From Haplodiscus bocki (lineage: Eukaryota), in contig OZ296649.1 in assembly GCA_965655095.1 (NCBI GenBank), positions 4,712,001 through 4,776,000 of the forward strand: a DNA stretch of 64,000 nucleotides, given 5' to 3'. How positions within the stretch are numbered: position 1 is the first letter of the stretch; each line of letters opens with the position of its first letter. The notes beneath the pieces are model-generated. The model searched no databases and had not been told where the DNA came from. It saw only the letters and a list, made by a program, of their open reading frames with translations. Position numbers and translations under genes: made by a program. This document shows positions 12,800 to 26,480 of the stretch, one piece after another.

Positions 12800-13270
12800 C
12801 AAATTGTGAATCAAAAATGGTACAACGCGTCAGATTGTGGAAAAAGTTTTCCGTCTTGTGAGATTTTGAAATAGAAACATTCAACGCGTCAGTTCTCAAA
12901 ATAATTTTTGTTTTCGTCTCTTCAGATTTTGCAGTGATTCAAAAAAGCCAATTTCGAAGAAGTATTTTTTCTTCAAAATCAGATTTTTTTGTTAAATTTC
13001 TGTGAAAAAAAAACATTTTTCAGAGAAAAAATTACATAATAAAAATCACATTTTGACTCAAGATACTCCGAAAAAACGAAGAAAGTTCATTTTTCGCTTC
13101 TCTAAAAGCACGATTTTGAAGAAAACGTTTTCGAGAAAAGTCAGATTTTTAACGTTTTTTTCCCAAAAAACTCAGACTTCGAATTAAACGATTTTTTTTA
13201 AAAAAAAGGTAGGCTGTGAACGAAAATTTGTAACAAAGTTCCGATTTTGAATTGAATATTCTACAACGTG
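12800..13270 (+). repeat. Degenerate internal repeat array of element A (ACAACGCGTCAGATT / TCAGATTTT units)
   Basis: Recurrent CAACGCGTCAG and (T)CAGATTTT motifs separated by A/T runs, mirrored at 28200-28660. Confidence 0.6.
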
Positions 13271-13506
13271 AGTAGTGTATAAATAAATATATGAAGCCAG
13301 ACACGGGCACCGCACAAATTATGTCAAATGAAATAGTAGGAAATTATACTATAGCAATGGCGGTACACAGTAATAAAAACCTAATTTTGCGAAAAAGTTT
13401 TAAATAGCCTTATCAAAAGGTGTATACGGGAATGAGAAAAATTTTTTAACTTTCATTTTTTTCTACAACACATGATCATTTCCTCTATAATTTATTAAAT
13501 TCATTT
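13271..13506 (+). repeat. Left TIR of Polinton B
   Basis: Reverse complement of 27960-28199 at roughly 80% identity; begins with AGTAGT. Confidence 0.85.
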
Positions 13507-16420
13507 GATCAAATCTGCTGAAATCAAATAAATCTTCAAGATTTTTTAAGTCTTTGATTATATCTTTGTATTTAAACTCAATACGAAGCTATCGCTATCC
13601 ATATACTGCAATTGTAGATTTTTTTCGTCAAAATAAGGTTGCATTTTATCATAACAGGTTTCATACAAGAATAATTTACTCAATTCTAATTTTGCGAATC
13701 CAAGATAAATTGGCATATCCATAAGTACTTCATCTCGCTTAAATGAACAACTATCATAATTTGTAGAAGATTTGTGAATACCAATGATTGTTAATTTTGA
13801 CTGTTTTTTGAAAGTCTTTCAATATCACGCTTTTTAATAAATTCTACTTTTATTCGATTACGAAAACTTTCCATTGTTTTTCCATACAATGCGTTATTGA
13901 GTAATTTAAAGAAATCTTTTCAGAAATTAAAAACAGCTTGATTTCTCTGTCATTTACTAAAATTTATATGTTTTTCTAATCACCTAAATGAACCAATTTG
14001 TTTAAATGATATTATCTCGTGAAATTTATCAACCATCATACCATGTCTAACATATTTAATTAACATCGTATAATGAATGGCATATTTCTTTATTTGCTCA
14101 TAATTTATTTATTTGTATTCGCTATTTGTTCATAATTTATTATCTGTTTTTCTCATATGACATTGCCAAATATATCCAAGTAAACTAACACAAAATGGTG
14201 GGAAAATATCAAAGTCTTCAAATGATACTTCAATAAAATTCCGAAAAACATCAGGTATTAAAAAAACATCAATTTTTAAGTATAATTTAGATAATTCCTC
14301 TCAGTTTTTAATATTGAAAACTTCAATAAAAACTTTGGTTTTTCATCAAAAGGGCATAATTTTTTAAGTTACTAAAGAAGTCTTCTTTTTATAGTTTTTC
14401 ACTGGTTTTTGACAATCTTCAAGGTTATTGAAATATTCATTATAGTAAGCTTTTTTTTAAATAGATATTCCCATTTATCCGGAAATTCTTCCTTCAAAAT
14501 CTTAAAATCATCGTCATCTAATGCTTTAACTTTTGAATCTAAGCTATTTGATAAAAATCCATAACTACCAAAAAATCTAAAATAATCTTATGTTATTGAT
14601 AAATTTTGTTCATCTGTTTTAGATATATTATCAAAATTTATTTATCATTCCTTTCATCAACCAATTTTTTGAAAAATAGTTCACAATCATAATACTAAAA
14701 TTGTCAAATACAAATGGTAAGAATTTCCTGTATTTCTGTGCGACACTAATATTACATTTGCTTGAGCTGGATCTCTATATTCACCTGCTAAGTGAGAATG
14801 ATCTCTAAGTTTATCAAATTCAAATTTTTTCTCACAAAATCGACAAGTTTTGTTTTTTCAATAGTCTTCTTCAACTTCCTCAGTCACTATAAGATCTTTA
14901 TTAGTGTTTTAAAAAAATATCAGCCTTTTTCTTTTCTGATTTTTTAACTTCACCCACAAACCAATCTATATTATCATCTCCTGAAACAGATTCATAATAC
15001 CCACCTTTTAGGACATTGTTCAATTCAGATACTATATAATAACCATTTCAAATAGGATTTTGTTTATAAATATATGTTGTTTTATTACCCACATTCTCCT
15101 TATCAATTTCATTATCCGCTTCAAAATCTGCAATAATTCTAAAATATAATGGAGTCTTTTGAAAAAATTTTTCCAGTATAGATGAGATTCTGTACATATA
15201 TTTATTGAAATTATCTCTTGTTGACCGCATTTTTGCATATGATTTTTCAAAAAATCTTGATTTGTTTAAGAATCTAAACACCAACTGCAAACAAATTTAC
15301 AAATATGACACCCTAAAAATACATCTAATTTTTTAATGAAAACAAAATGATTTTTATAGAAAAATAAGTCAAAAACTATCCTTCTTGCTGATTTTAAAAG
15401 GTATTATTTTATGTTTCCTTTTATTTTGATCTTGATAAAAACTTCGTTCAAAGATATTCATAGATAAGCTGTTTTATTTCTCTAATCTATGCATATCACT
15501 AAACTTAAACCCATATGTAAAATTCAAACCTCCAATGTTTAGTTCATTAAAATATTGTCAATAAATTGATACTCCGTTAGGATGACCACTTTTTCAATAT
15601 GCTATGGTATGCAACTTAGCTAATATTGACCAAGTGAAACAATACTTATCATCTTTTTGAACATTCAAGATAGCAGAGTTTCTCAAACGATTATCAGCAT
15701 ATGATGAACCATTCAATTCAGTAGTTTTGTAAGAAATATTGTCATTGTTTTAATTTTATCAAATTTCGATCCACTATCTTTTAGTTATAGTCTTTGAGTT
15801 TGTTCTTCTGAGTGAAATCTGACATTCATGTTATTCATATCAGACTTTGTTAAATTTTTATTACCATTTAGGTTTTTAAATTATTCAATTTCATCTAACA
15901 TCTTTCCAACTTCATCTTGTTTATGGAATCTCGCCGAAATTACTGTTTGATATATAAACTCATGTTGGTTTATTAATCTAGCATGAATAGGGGCCATTTC
16001 GTTCAAGATTTTATTAAAATATTGAAAATCTCTTTCAAATTCGGGGAAAAAAGGTTTGATAATTATTTTAGAATTAGCATGATTGATATGATGTCTTTCC
16101 GAACTTTCATTCAATCCAATTTTTAGTGCTCTACCAGTAAAGTAATATGGATTATTTTTTTCTTCAGCTAATTCTTTTTTTAGTTGCTTGTCATCTATTT
16201 CTATACTTTTTTTGGCTTTTTGTTTTAATAGTTTAGGATTATATGTTTTTCACTTTTTTTTCAATAGGTTTCTGAAACAATCTTTCTTGTATAATCATTT
16301 CCTCTTGCTTGTCATTTTCCAATTGCGTTTTTTTCTTTTCAATTGTTCTGCATAAGATGCTCTAGGAACATCAATTTACACAAATATCACATCTGCGGCA
16401 ATTTTCCGTTTTGCGTCGCT
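13507..16420 (-). pseudogene. Protein-primed family B DNA polymerase of Polinton B (internal and C-terminal deletions)
   Basis: DDKYCFTWSILAKLH; ExoI-like IADFEAD; CRFC...RDHSHLAGEYR endonuclease-VII-like insert; motif B KDFFKLLNNALYGKTME (~13880-13920); motif C YMDSDS (~13590-13605). Motif A and the thumb were not found. Confidence 0.85.
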
Positions 16421-17575
16421 TTTTATATAGAATAACAAATTTGAAACGAACTATCTAAGGTCCTACTTTTCTCTAGCTTAATATTGTTTCACGAGTTTTA
16501 TTTCATATTTCATATTCTGGCATAATATCATTATCTTATTCATCTAATTCATCCTCTGTTTTTCATCTTTCTTTTTAATAATGGTACAATACAAATAATA
16601 ATAAGTTATATTCCTTTTTTTAACCTGAGGCTTAGTTTGTAAAAACATTGATTATCAGTAACACCTCAAGATAAATTTTATCAATTCCTTCTGCATTTAT
16701 ACAAAAAGGATCTTCTTCAAAAAAAGTTTCACTTTGCCTTCTAGAATTCAGTTCATCGTAATAATCATTAATAATTTGCTAAATTTTCAATTTCGTTTTA
16801 CCTTTTAACTCTTGTAATTTAATAATCATATCTTGTGTTGTAAGATGTTTAGTATTAACCATAGAATATTATGTTTCACTAATCTTTTTATTAGCATAAC
16901 GTTCTCAACTAGAAAAGAATATGTCTCGTCTAGGAAACTTTTCATCTGTTTGATGTTTTTGTTTCTTATTAATTTATTCACATTCTGGAGTTTGAACTGA
17001 AGAACCATGAGAAAATTCTACCCAATTATTTGTCTTACAGGAAAGACAATGTGGTAGAATAGGTTTACGTTGTTGAAAAAAGTGGTTGTTTTTTTAAGGA
17101 TAAATTTTAACCATCAATTCATTATTAGTTTTCCTAATAACTTTTTGATTTTTTCTGATTTGATTTTCACTTTTACTGGATATTTGGTTCTTCAGCTTTT
17201 CAGTGGATCTCGTACTCTTAATAGAGAAAAGTCGGTCAGATGAATTTCTTTATCGTCTATCCTTTGCTCTTAGATACTGAATACCTTCAAGATACTTCTT
17301 TCAGAAAAGTCAAAACACATCCAATCAAATCGTAACGTTTCATATTCACATAAAAATACCTATCATAAAAAGCTAACAGTTTCGATAATGTCAAACTATC
17401 ATGTCCAAAATTCTATATACCTGTTGATGTTCTTGAATAATAGTTTTGTTCAAAAACAAGCTAATCTTTCATTTTTTATATTTTTCGATTGAAAAATTGT
17501 TCATTTATATTTTTTTTGATTTTCACTTTGGATAAAGCTTCGTATAATTTATTAAAATCTTTACCTCCATATGTT

Positions 17576-17803
17576 TTATATACACCTGTACAGAAGCAAA
17601 AATATTTTCCCGCATATTTTGGTCGATTCATGATGCTTACTTTTTCTCCTCGAAATTTCACTCAGCTCGTTTTTTCTTTTGATCATGTTACAATTACACG
17701 AAATACATGAATTTTCATATTCATTTGGAAAGAACAAATTTTGACCATTATATCCACATTTTTTCGCATGTTTTTGAATGATTTGATCTTCACTTAATTC
17801 CAT
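17576..17803 (-). pseudogene. Small Cys-containing hypothetical protein of element B
   Basis: 75-aa ORF directly downstream of the integrase, with decayed Cys pairs (KKCGYN...CISC). Confidence 0.3.
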
Positions 17804-17869
17804 TTATTGAGTCCCTTTTTTTAATTAGGTTTATTCCTTTCATAATTTGATTGTTTTCATTAAGAGCTA

Positions 17870-18690
17870 AATTTGTGAATTTTAACAGATTCTCGTTGTA
17901 TCTCTCAGCTAACTAGTCAATTCGATAGCTAGGAATACCATCATGTATGACTTTGGCTTTTGTGTAGAATTTATATGACCAATTTGCACTGTCTCCTTTT
18001 TAGAACACTTTTCTAATATCTGCTGTTCTAACTAATTGTCCTAACTTACATTTTGGTTTAAGTGTTTTTCTTTTGTCTTGGAGATTTCAGTAAACTATCT
18101 TTTTTCTTTTTTATGAACGCTTGATTGGGAGTCATGTTTTTGAATTGTTTGTGTTGTTATTACTATTCTTAATGACTGATGGGAATATATTAACCCAATC
18201 AGCATCACCCCGTTGGAACTAAGGTTTTTTTAAGAAGATCCCTAATAGTTCTATTAAAACGTTCTGCTATTGATGGTCCTTCAACAGAAAAACGAGGATA
18301 ATGTTGCATATTTTTGAGTTTCCTGAAATTTTGAAAAAATCCTATTTTAAAATCATTTAACTCGATCGCTTTCTTTTAAAATAGGTTTTCTTTTTGAAGT
18401 AGATCGTTTACTTGAAATTTCATCTGACTTTGTTTGAACATTTTTGTTTTTTAAGGAGATAGTCCAACCATATTCAGAGAAATTATCAATCACTACTAGA
18501 ATATATCTATATGCTCTGTTGTTTGACGTTTTATAATCGTTTAAATCTAACAAATCGAAACCCTAATTTTCGCCGATGTGATTACATAGTAATTTTTTCC
18601 TTTCATAATTCTTCTCAATGGGTTTGGATTATCAATATACGTTTGAGTAACATTCCTCTTGGGCATTTAATTTCAAAAACTAACTTGCTT
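17870..18690 (-). pseudogene. Retroviral-type (rve) integrase of Polinton B
   Basis: LDLNDYKTSNNRAYRYILVVIDNFSEYGWTISLKNK...KRKP..ESDR, then GPSIAERFNRT-like and KWSYKFY-like segments. Frameshifted. Confidence 0.85.
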
Positions 18691-19254
18691 TCACTTTCTG
18701 AACCAAGTATAATCGTTTATCAATTTTAGCTTTTTTGAAAAATTTTCATTACAACACATCGGTCGAAAAAACTATTTCAAATTAGGAGATTTTAACTTTT
18801 CTATTTCAGTAGGTAAATCAGCTTTGGATAAAAGATAACACTGATCGATACACCACATACCACCATAATTTTTGATATTCATATCACCATCAATTTAAAA
18901 AAGTATCCATCTTTTGAAAAATGATATAGAACATCCTATTAAATCAATAGTATTATCTAATTTCTCAAGATTTTGTGCTTCGAATGCTTGATTTGTTCTA
19001 CGTCTTGTATTACAAATAATAATTTTTAATTTATATCTCCTTGTTTTCTGTTTTTTTCACGTAAAATTCTTTACTCTTTTTTTACTATGATATAGTTTAG
19101 CACAATTTATCCAGTGAGATTGTAAACCATCTTTTTTAGTACTATGTATATAGAAGTTTACTTTCAATTGTATATTTCTACACTTATAACATTTTTAAAC
19201 CAATTCCTCAAAACAAATGTTCATTTGCTAAACATGTTTCATTTCAAATAAAAT

Positions 19255-19690
19255 CACATATCTCGTAATCTCAACCCATTTTCAAGCATGTCGGTTAGTG
19301 ATAAAAATTTACCTCCCGATATACCGTTTAAAATAAATGTAGTAGCTTGAGCAACTTGAGGAGTTTTAGTTTTGGCTCCAACAGCCATACCAATAAACGG
19401 TGCTGCAACATTGTCTGCAGGTTTTAAAAAGTTTATTCCAAGCAGCTTGTGGTCCTGGGAACACTGATTTTAGTTTATTTTTAATTGAGCCTCTTTCCAT
19501 TTGAAATTGTCTTGCAGTAAAAGTAATTTGCTTTTGACATTTACGATTAGGATTTTGACAAAGATCATGTAATTTAAGTATATCACCATTATTTTTCAAA
19601 TCACACTATGCTGAAGCTGACCTATCTGAACAGTATTTATTTTTGCATCGACCGTTTTTCATAAAAACTTCTCATCGTGTCATTTACTTA
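19255..19690 (-). pseudogene. Small basic/amphipathic virion core-like protein of element B
   Basis: LHDLCQNPNRKCQKQITFT...GSIKNKLKSVF...AAPFIGMAVGAKTK...ISGGKFLSL: Gly-rich amphipathic pattern. The function is inferred. Confidence 0.4.
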
Positions 19691-20959
19691 GTAAAAAATT
19701 GTGAATATTTGCAAGCCTAAATACCATAAGAACGTTTAATAATTTTAGTGAGTTTTTGAATTTTAGGGTTTAATTTTTCATATACATTCTGAAATATGGT
19801 ATCACTATAGTGCCTACCACCAACACGCCACGTCTTTGTCATTTAATTTGAAAATCATATTCAAGAGGAGCACTCGGTTGAGAATCATTATAACTTTTCT
19901 TTCTCTTTCTTGGTTCAAATAAGTTTAAAATTATACAAGAATTATTATTCACAGAATAGACTCCTTACTTATTATATCACCGAAAATATCTTGTACTTTG
20001 AATTGTGTATTTTTCATAGTGTTTTTTCTCTCATCTAGATAAAGACTTATAAAATTTTTTTAATTCTAAAGCTTCTTTATGATCGTTTTTTTAAATCTAT
20101 CAACAATTGTTTCAAAGTCTTTCCAAAAAGACGAGTAAAAAAAATAAACCAATCTCGTAACTTAGTACATCTTATTCCTAGATTACTAATATCTTCATTC
20201 GTAATTAGAACAGCAATAGGTATTAACAAAGCTGCACTAGATGATATAACAACACCTGCACTAGGATTTAATATTGCTGAATTACTTGAACTTTTTGTGG
20301 AAGAAGATGTGATAATTAATATTACTTTTTTTTATTCAAACTCTTACCTTTTTCCCGTAAAAATCAATATGAACCTTAAAAAATTTCAAAATGTTCTCAT
20401 GATCCTGCCTCTCCAATTTATATTGTAGATGTCTCAACTGATCATCTTTTGTTTTACTTTTTACCAAGTCTGGGTCTTTTTTATATTCGGATATGCCATT
20501 TAAGCAACAGAAAATACCATTCTAATAATTGTAAGGCAAAGTGTTTCTTTAAATATTTTTGTCTTTGTAAATATTCTAGAGCTAGATTTTTTTATTGGAT
20601 TATGTTCATCATCTGTAAATTTGTTTTGTTTTAAAATATCTGGATCTGTTAGTGACAGTAGTAATTTTAACGATTTTTCATATGTAACATCTTGAAACGT
20701 TTTAGCAAAATATTGTTCCACTTACTTATTCAAAGTCCTTTATTAGAATCTTCTTCATTTTCAATATAATGAAAGTAGTCTTCATTTTGTTCCATTAAAA
20801 TACTTTTAAACTCTATACAAAGACGATTAATATCATTTATAAGGAATCCATATTCTTGTAATCAATCAAGATCGTTTTTAATTAAAAATATCAATACCAC
20901 TAATTTTTTATATTTTGGGATTGATTCAAACAGGTCTTTAAAATAACTGATTTGATCCA

Positions 20960-22270
20960 TTTAGTAAGCAGAATGTGTTATTGTAATAATAATACTAAAG
21001 CACATATCACCATGTAGACTATCGATTTAACCAATTATTATCTTGATACCATAAATTTCTACAATAAAAAATAAACTTACTTCCGTCCATTGAGTTGGTG
21101 TATTGCTTTATCGATCATTTTTAGGTATGTTATATCTAGTTGACCAAGTATCATCAACTAGTAACTATTGAACTCTAAACATACCCGTTGATTTTAATGG
21201 ATCCTTAGTTAAAATTGAGAATTTAATATATTAGAATCTGATATTACTAAATTGAATAATATCGGTTCTTTCGAAGCTACAAAAAAACACTTGAACCATG
21301 GATAATACCACTTGTCTCATTATACAAAAAACTATTACCGATAGGTGGTAATTTTGTTGCTCCCAATTAGCCCGTTGGATTGCTTCTCTTTGTTGATACT
21401 ATAAAGTTTTGTCTTTTACCATTATTATTTTTATCATTGTTTTTCATATTCCATTTCTGTAAAAGATATCTTCCGGTGTTGGGATATTTAATAAATGTTG
21501 TAACAAAAACTTTTATTCCACCATATTTAATAAGAATATAAACATCCTTTCCAACGGATACTTTGAGAGAGTTTTCTAGTGAACGATTAAATGTTAAAAT
21601 ATTAGTACCACCTAATGAATCACAACATACTTTCTATTTGCTAATTGCTTATCTGAACTAGGTTTTCTAATAACTGTAATACTAATCCAATTTTAGGAAA
21701 ATAATCTTACCAACTTCATTATCTTGATCCTTAAATACTGATAAAAAATCTCGTCCATTTCTACTGTTTTCATGTAGGCTACCAACATATGATTCGGTAG
21801 GTACTTCTGTTATCGTCTTGGTTGATGTTAAAGTTGAATTAAGAAATTTGTAGTCTTGGTTTTTTAGTTTCAATTTTTCTTCAAGATCTAACCTTAACAA
21901 TGATAACTCATCCACGCTATGAGAAATAGCTTCATCAACGTAAAATTTTGGAGTAAGATGTTCCCGGGCAGCAGGCAAACTATTTACTTTAACGAAACGC
22001 AAATTATCAAGATCTTCATCGTTAAAATCAACATGAACATTGTTTCCTAATTTGCTTGGATCATTCAATCCACTATCTACATAAGTTCTACGAACATAAT
22101 CTGAATTTTCTATGGAATAAGTTAAAAATTTAACTTTAAATTGATTTTTCATGACAATGTCTTCTTCAATGTTAGATTCAAAGTAATTAGTTCTCAAATA
22201 GGGTTTTTGAAGAAAAAAAACTGTATCAAATGTATTCTCAAAATTACCAAATATTACCAAACACATTTAT
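20960..22270 (-). pseudogene. Minor virion / fibre-like protein remnant of element B
   Basis: 194-aa ORF fragment with iterated ..(R/K)xYVD-type motifs (RRTYVD, KFYVD, ESYVG), typical of fibre-like repeats. The downstream part is broken. Confidence 0.45.
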
Positions 22271-22289
22271 CAGCATATTCTGTTTAATT

Positions 22290-22670
22290 AACCAAAATAC
22301 ATTTATCAAATAGCATCGTAAAAATTACCTTCTTTCAATAAGATAGAAGAAAATTAAACAATAGCTACCACACAAATTATGATAAACATCTTGTGTTTTA
22401 TATTTATGATATTTTATTGGTTTAGGTAATTGGTTGAGTAGAAATTCATCGGGAACTCCTCCAAACGAGTCGAAATAGAATGGTGTTGTATCTTTTATTA
22501 TGAAACATGTCCAATGGGTGCCATTTTCAAATCTGTCGTCTATTTTTACAAACCCTTTATCTGAATATACTTTTGACTCCCTAGGATAAATAGGAAAGTT
22601 ATGAACCTTTTGTATTTCACTTTTTTCATAGTATCATTTTTCGAATTATATTTTTTTATCATTTAAATTA
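22290..22670 (-). pseudogene. Adenain/Ulp1-like maturation protease of Polinton B
   Basis: GTHWTCF...FYFDSFGGVP...Q...CGSYC: the His/Asp/Gln/Cys catalytic motif order. Confidence 0.85.
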
Positions 22671-22689
22671 AGTTTTTTTGTTTTCTTAT

Positions 22690-24040
22690 CTCAAATAACA
22701 GTAACTTCAGTAAATTTTGTCCCATCTGATATCAATTCAATATCTCTATATCTGATTATTATCAGAAGCAATCAAGCACTGTTAGTAGTAACTCTATTTT
22801 CTTGATGCAGTCGAATTTGCTTTGGAATAATATGATCAACTTGAATTCTAACATCAATGACTTGAATAGGATAATTGTTCTTCATATCAACATAACTTAT
22901 AAAAGGACCAAGTAGTTATTCTCCAACACAGCCTTTGTAAAATAACGTAAGATCTCTATATTGAACGAGATAGTCATTTGATGCATAGTCAATACCAACA
23001 CCTTAGGAAAGCGAAAACCATCAATATCAACATGATATTTTCCAACATTAAGATTATCATTAACTGCGATATTATTTGCTTTTTTTGGAACTCCTATTCT
23101 AGCAGCTGTTTAATGAGCTGCTATTAGATATTTTGGACTGTTATTATTTTGAGCACTTCCATCATCAACTTGATTTTTCAATAGTGTATCAACCGTTTTT
23201 CTAGGAGTACTCCTTGAATCACATGATAAAATAAAGCTATTTTTAATAGAATCATAAAACATTATAAGCGTTTCAGCATTGGGAATAAATATAGGTCCAT
23301 ACAAAAATAATTTCTCAAAAATTACTTCATTATCCTCACCTAGTGTTGTATAAATATTATCTTGTAAATCACTAGATTTGAAAGTTAGATGAAATCCTAA
23401 TTGTTTAGTAGTCTTTCTAAAACTTCGACAAAAGCCAAAACTATATTCATGAAGTGAATGTCTTTCAATTTTACCTTCATTGGCAGCTATGTCAAGGTTT
23501 TTAATGAGTAAACCTTTAAGAGATGTATTTTGGATTTGAGCTTGAGACTCATCAGTTTTATCAAAATGAGATAGCATATCTCCATCTTTACTTGTTGGAA
23601 CTCTCATAATTCAATAAACTTGTCCACAGTATTTATTATGTTCTATATCTGAGCCACCTTTAACTTAATATGCAAATGCGTTGTTTACCAATCGAATACC
23701 ATCTTCATCTACAAGAACTCTGTCAGCTGCAACGACTTTTTCAATTGTCATTGCATATTGAAGAGTTGTATTGCCGATCTGATGATAATTAATATTTTCT
23801 CCAAACATGAAGTCATTATTTTGATCAGAATAAATTAAATTTGCTGCTTGTTGATGATGAATTTTCAAAAAAAACTCTCTTTATATTTGAATTATCAATT
23901 GTTTCTTTAGATATTAATTGGAAATCTTCAAGGCTCAAATTTATACTATAAAACCATTTCCTGATAAAAATTTGTTCAAGACTTTGTATATTTTGAGGTA
24001 ATATAGAAGTACGATTTTCCATTCGAGGTTTTGGTGTTTG
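22690..24040 (-). pseudogene. Major capsid protein remnant of Polinton B
   Basis: Colinear fragments (FMFGENINYHQIGN...LVNNAFAY; FGFCRSFRK..LGFHLTFK; NSPKYLIAAH) over ~1.35 kb between the minor capsid and protease. Assigned by size, position and recognition. Confidence 0.6.
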
Positions 24041-24084
24041 CTTAAGTTTTTTAGAAATTAATCTTGGTTTTATTAAAGACTTCG

Positions 24085-24875
24085 TCATTTATTGAAAAAA
24101 AAAATTCTGACAAATAATCTGAATGTCATTGATTGACCATTGAATGACACAAAATTTCCATTTTCAGTTTTCGATTTGAAATTGATACTTGACATAAAAT
24201 CTTTTAATTCCATCATATACCATTGAACACCGCCTCCAATTTTTTGAATATACTTATATCCAGGATCAACGTCCATTGTTACTTTATGAATGATACCACC
24301 TCTTTTGCCTTTCAAAATCAGTCCCTGAGCAGTATCACAGTCGAGAAAAATGTTATCAAAGGATATTACGTCTACTGGATTAGGTGATAGATTATCTTTT
24401 TCGTTTTTTGTGCTTGCATTAAATCCTAAAAGATTTCGTATACTATCATCAGGTAGAAAACTAAATAAAGGTTCTTGTCTCGAAAGTTCTGAAAAGATCC
24501 AAGTGTTGAAAATTTGGGTTTCATAGTGAATAGATAAATTGCTTCAGTAAAATTACCTTCTTCGATAATATTCTTCTTAATCCCGTCATATAATGATTCA
24601 AGTTCATAAGCACCTTGAGGGATGTTAATTTGAATAAAACCATCTTTATCAGTAACTGATTTTGCGAAATAGACTTTATTATTTTTGGTTACAAATATAA
24701 AGAAACCGTTATACTCTGTTAAGAAAGTAACGGCTATTTTAAATTGTTTATTATCACTTTGTAAAAGATTAGCTAGATGTTCTTCATGAGTAGGTTTTTC
24801 CCTAACAATCAACGTATGCTCCCCTATTTTCGGTTTCTAATTCAATGCTGTTTGCTCAAATTTTTTTAATAGGTA
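24085..24875 (-). pseudogene. Minor capsid (penton-like) protein remnant of Polinton B
   Basis: IAVTFLTEYNGFF...NNKVYF...IPQGAYELESL; VDPGYKYIQ..GGVQWY...INFK...NGNFVSFNGQSMTFRL, a pattern typical of Polinton minor capsids. Confidence 0.7.
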
Positions 24876-24882
24876 GTTCCAT

Positions 24883-25767
24883 TTATTGATTATGAAATTT
24901 ATAAAGAGCATTTCGATATTGTCGTTCGTTTTGTATGTCAACTCTTGTGTATAATTCATCTTCTAATCTACAAGCTTCTGTTGGAGTTTTGCTATGACTT
25001 GATAGTTTTATTCCTAGCAACACTTCTAATCTAGTATAAAAAACATTTATGTTGGTTGGTATGATAATTCTTGGAATTCCTTGACATTCTAAATCAGATT
25101 CATCTCCATAAGAATCTTCTATAGTTTCTGTAGTGGGTAATGATAATAGAGGATTTCGAATTTTTTCTAAAGCTGTTGGAAGATATTTTAGAGCATCTTT
25201 CTTTCGATTTGATTTCAACTCTTTTGTATGTGTCATTATATAACCCAATAATATTACGTATATCATATACTACTGTTTTCTTTTCATTGTTATCCAAAGA
25301 TTTAGTATTGAGATTTGTATTAGAAAAATAATTTTGCACATCTGGAGTTATAACATATTCTTCATTCTCAATTTTATTTCTTTTTTGTCCAAGTGGTTTG
25401 ATAATTATATTATTCCAAATTACATCTCCATTATCTTTTTCTACTAGTTTGAAGAAAATTTACTTCCCTTCAAAAACGCTAAAATGTCACATATTGATTG
25501 AGTACCTATTTCGTTTTGTATAGCCGGTGTTTGAGTGTTTTCATCTTCAACATCTGGTTTATTAAATACATCTCCTATTTTTTAAAGGGATTCCTTAATT
25601 TCTTCTAATTTTTTAGTGATAGGTGAAAGGTTTTCTACTAATTTCATATCATGTGTTTGTTTTAAAATTCTGTTTTTACTTTCAATAGCTCGTTGATTCT
25701 TCTGTGGTTCTGCTAATTTACCTGAATTAAATAAATCTTGTTCAGTCACATTAGAATAGATACTCAT
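24883..25767 (-). pseudogene. Hypothetical coiled-coil protein of element B
   Basis: Colinear fragments MSIYSNVTEQDL...LSPITKKLEE and IIIPTNINVFYTRLEVLLGIKLS. Confidence 0.45.
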
Positions 25768-25774
25768 TTGTTTA

Positions 25775-26480
25775 ATTTAAAAAGTAGAGCTATTTGGAAC
25801 CAAGATGCTCCTAAAACCTAATCGATATCGACCTGTATATTTATCCCTAGTCTTATCAATGGTTAGTGGTTGATATTTTTCATCCCAACATGTACTAGTT
25901 TAAAAATTGAATTCGTTAAAAGTCATATCCATGGAAGATTTATCTTGGAAAAGATTTTGTACATCTCTGAAGTTATTAGGTTTGAAAATGTGATGGTAAT
26001 TCATAGTAATCTTGACTGATTATGAAAATAGATAAATTATTTTGTCTCGATCTTTTAGACTTTGCTTTTATTCTAGGATCATTCATTTCTTTTCCACTTA
26101 AATAGTCTAAGGTAATAATACCCCCATCATCAAACCCCTGAGGAAGTCTTAATTCTTCTATACTTTCATATGTCTCTATTTCAGTATCTGATTTTTCGAA
26201 GTCTTTATCATTAACTCTCTCCTCAATCACTGAATCTATATCTTTTCATTGAGAATTTTTGGGACTACGTTAATTGGTACAAAACTACTGAAACAAGTAT
26301 TTAATTTTTGATACATTTCTTGATGTAGATTTGGTGAGTAGATGTATATTTTTTAAATATCGTTAAAAAAATTAAATTCAAATTTGTTAGAAAAACTGAT
26401 TTGCCAGATTTTCTGGGTCCGGTAATGATACAATGAACTGGATGAGTTGGGTTTAGAAATTTCTCCATTTATTATTAGTG
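25775..26480 (-). pseudogene. A32/FtsK-like packaging ATPase of Polinton B
   Basis: Walker A HCIITGPRKSGKS (~26395-26435); decayed Walker B (GIITLDY); RSRQNNLSIFIISQDY motif. Confidence 0.85.

Larger units (their letters stand above)
10983..13270 (-). repeat. Left arm of ~2.3 kb inverted duplication of element-A DNA
   Basis: Reverse complement of 28200-30509. Matching ORF fragments (11332-11517 vs 29946-30170; 12192-12479 vs 29101-29307). About 98% identical at 11341-11700 and about 89% at 12181-12300. Confidence 0.95.
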
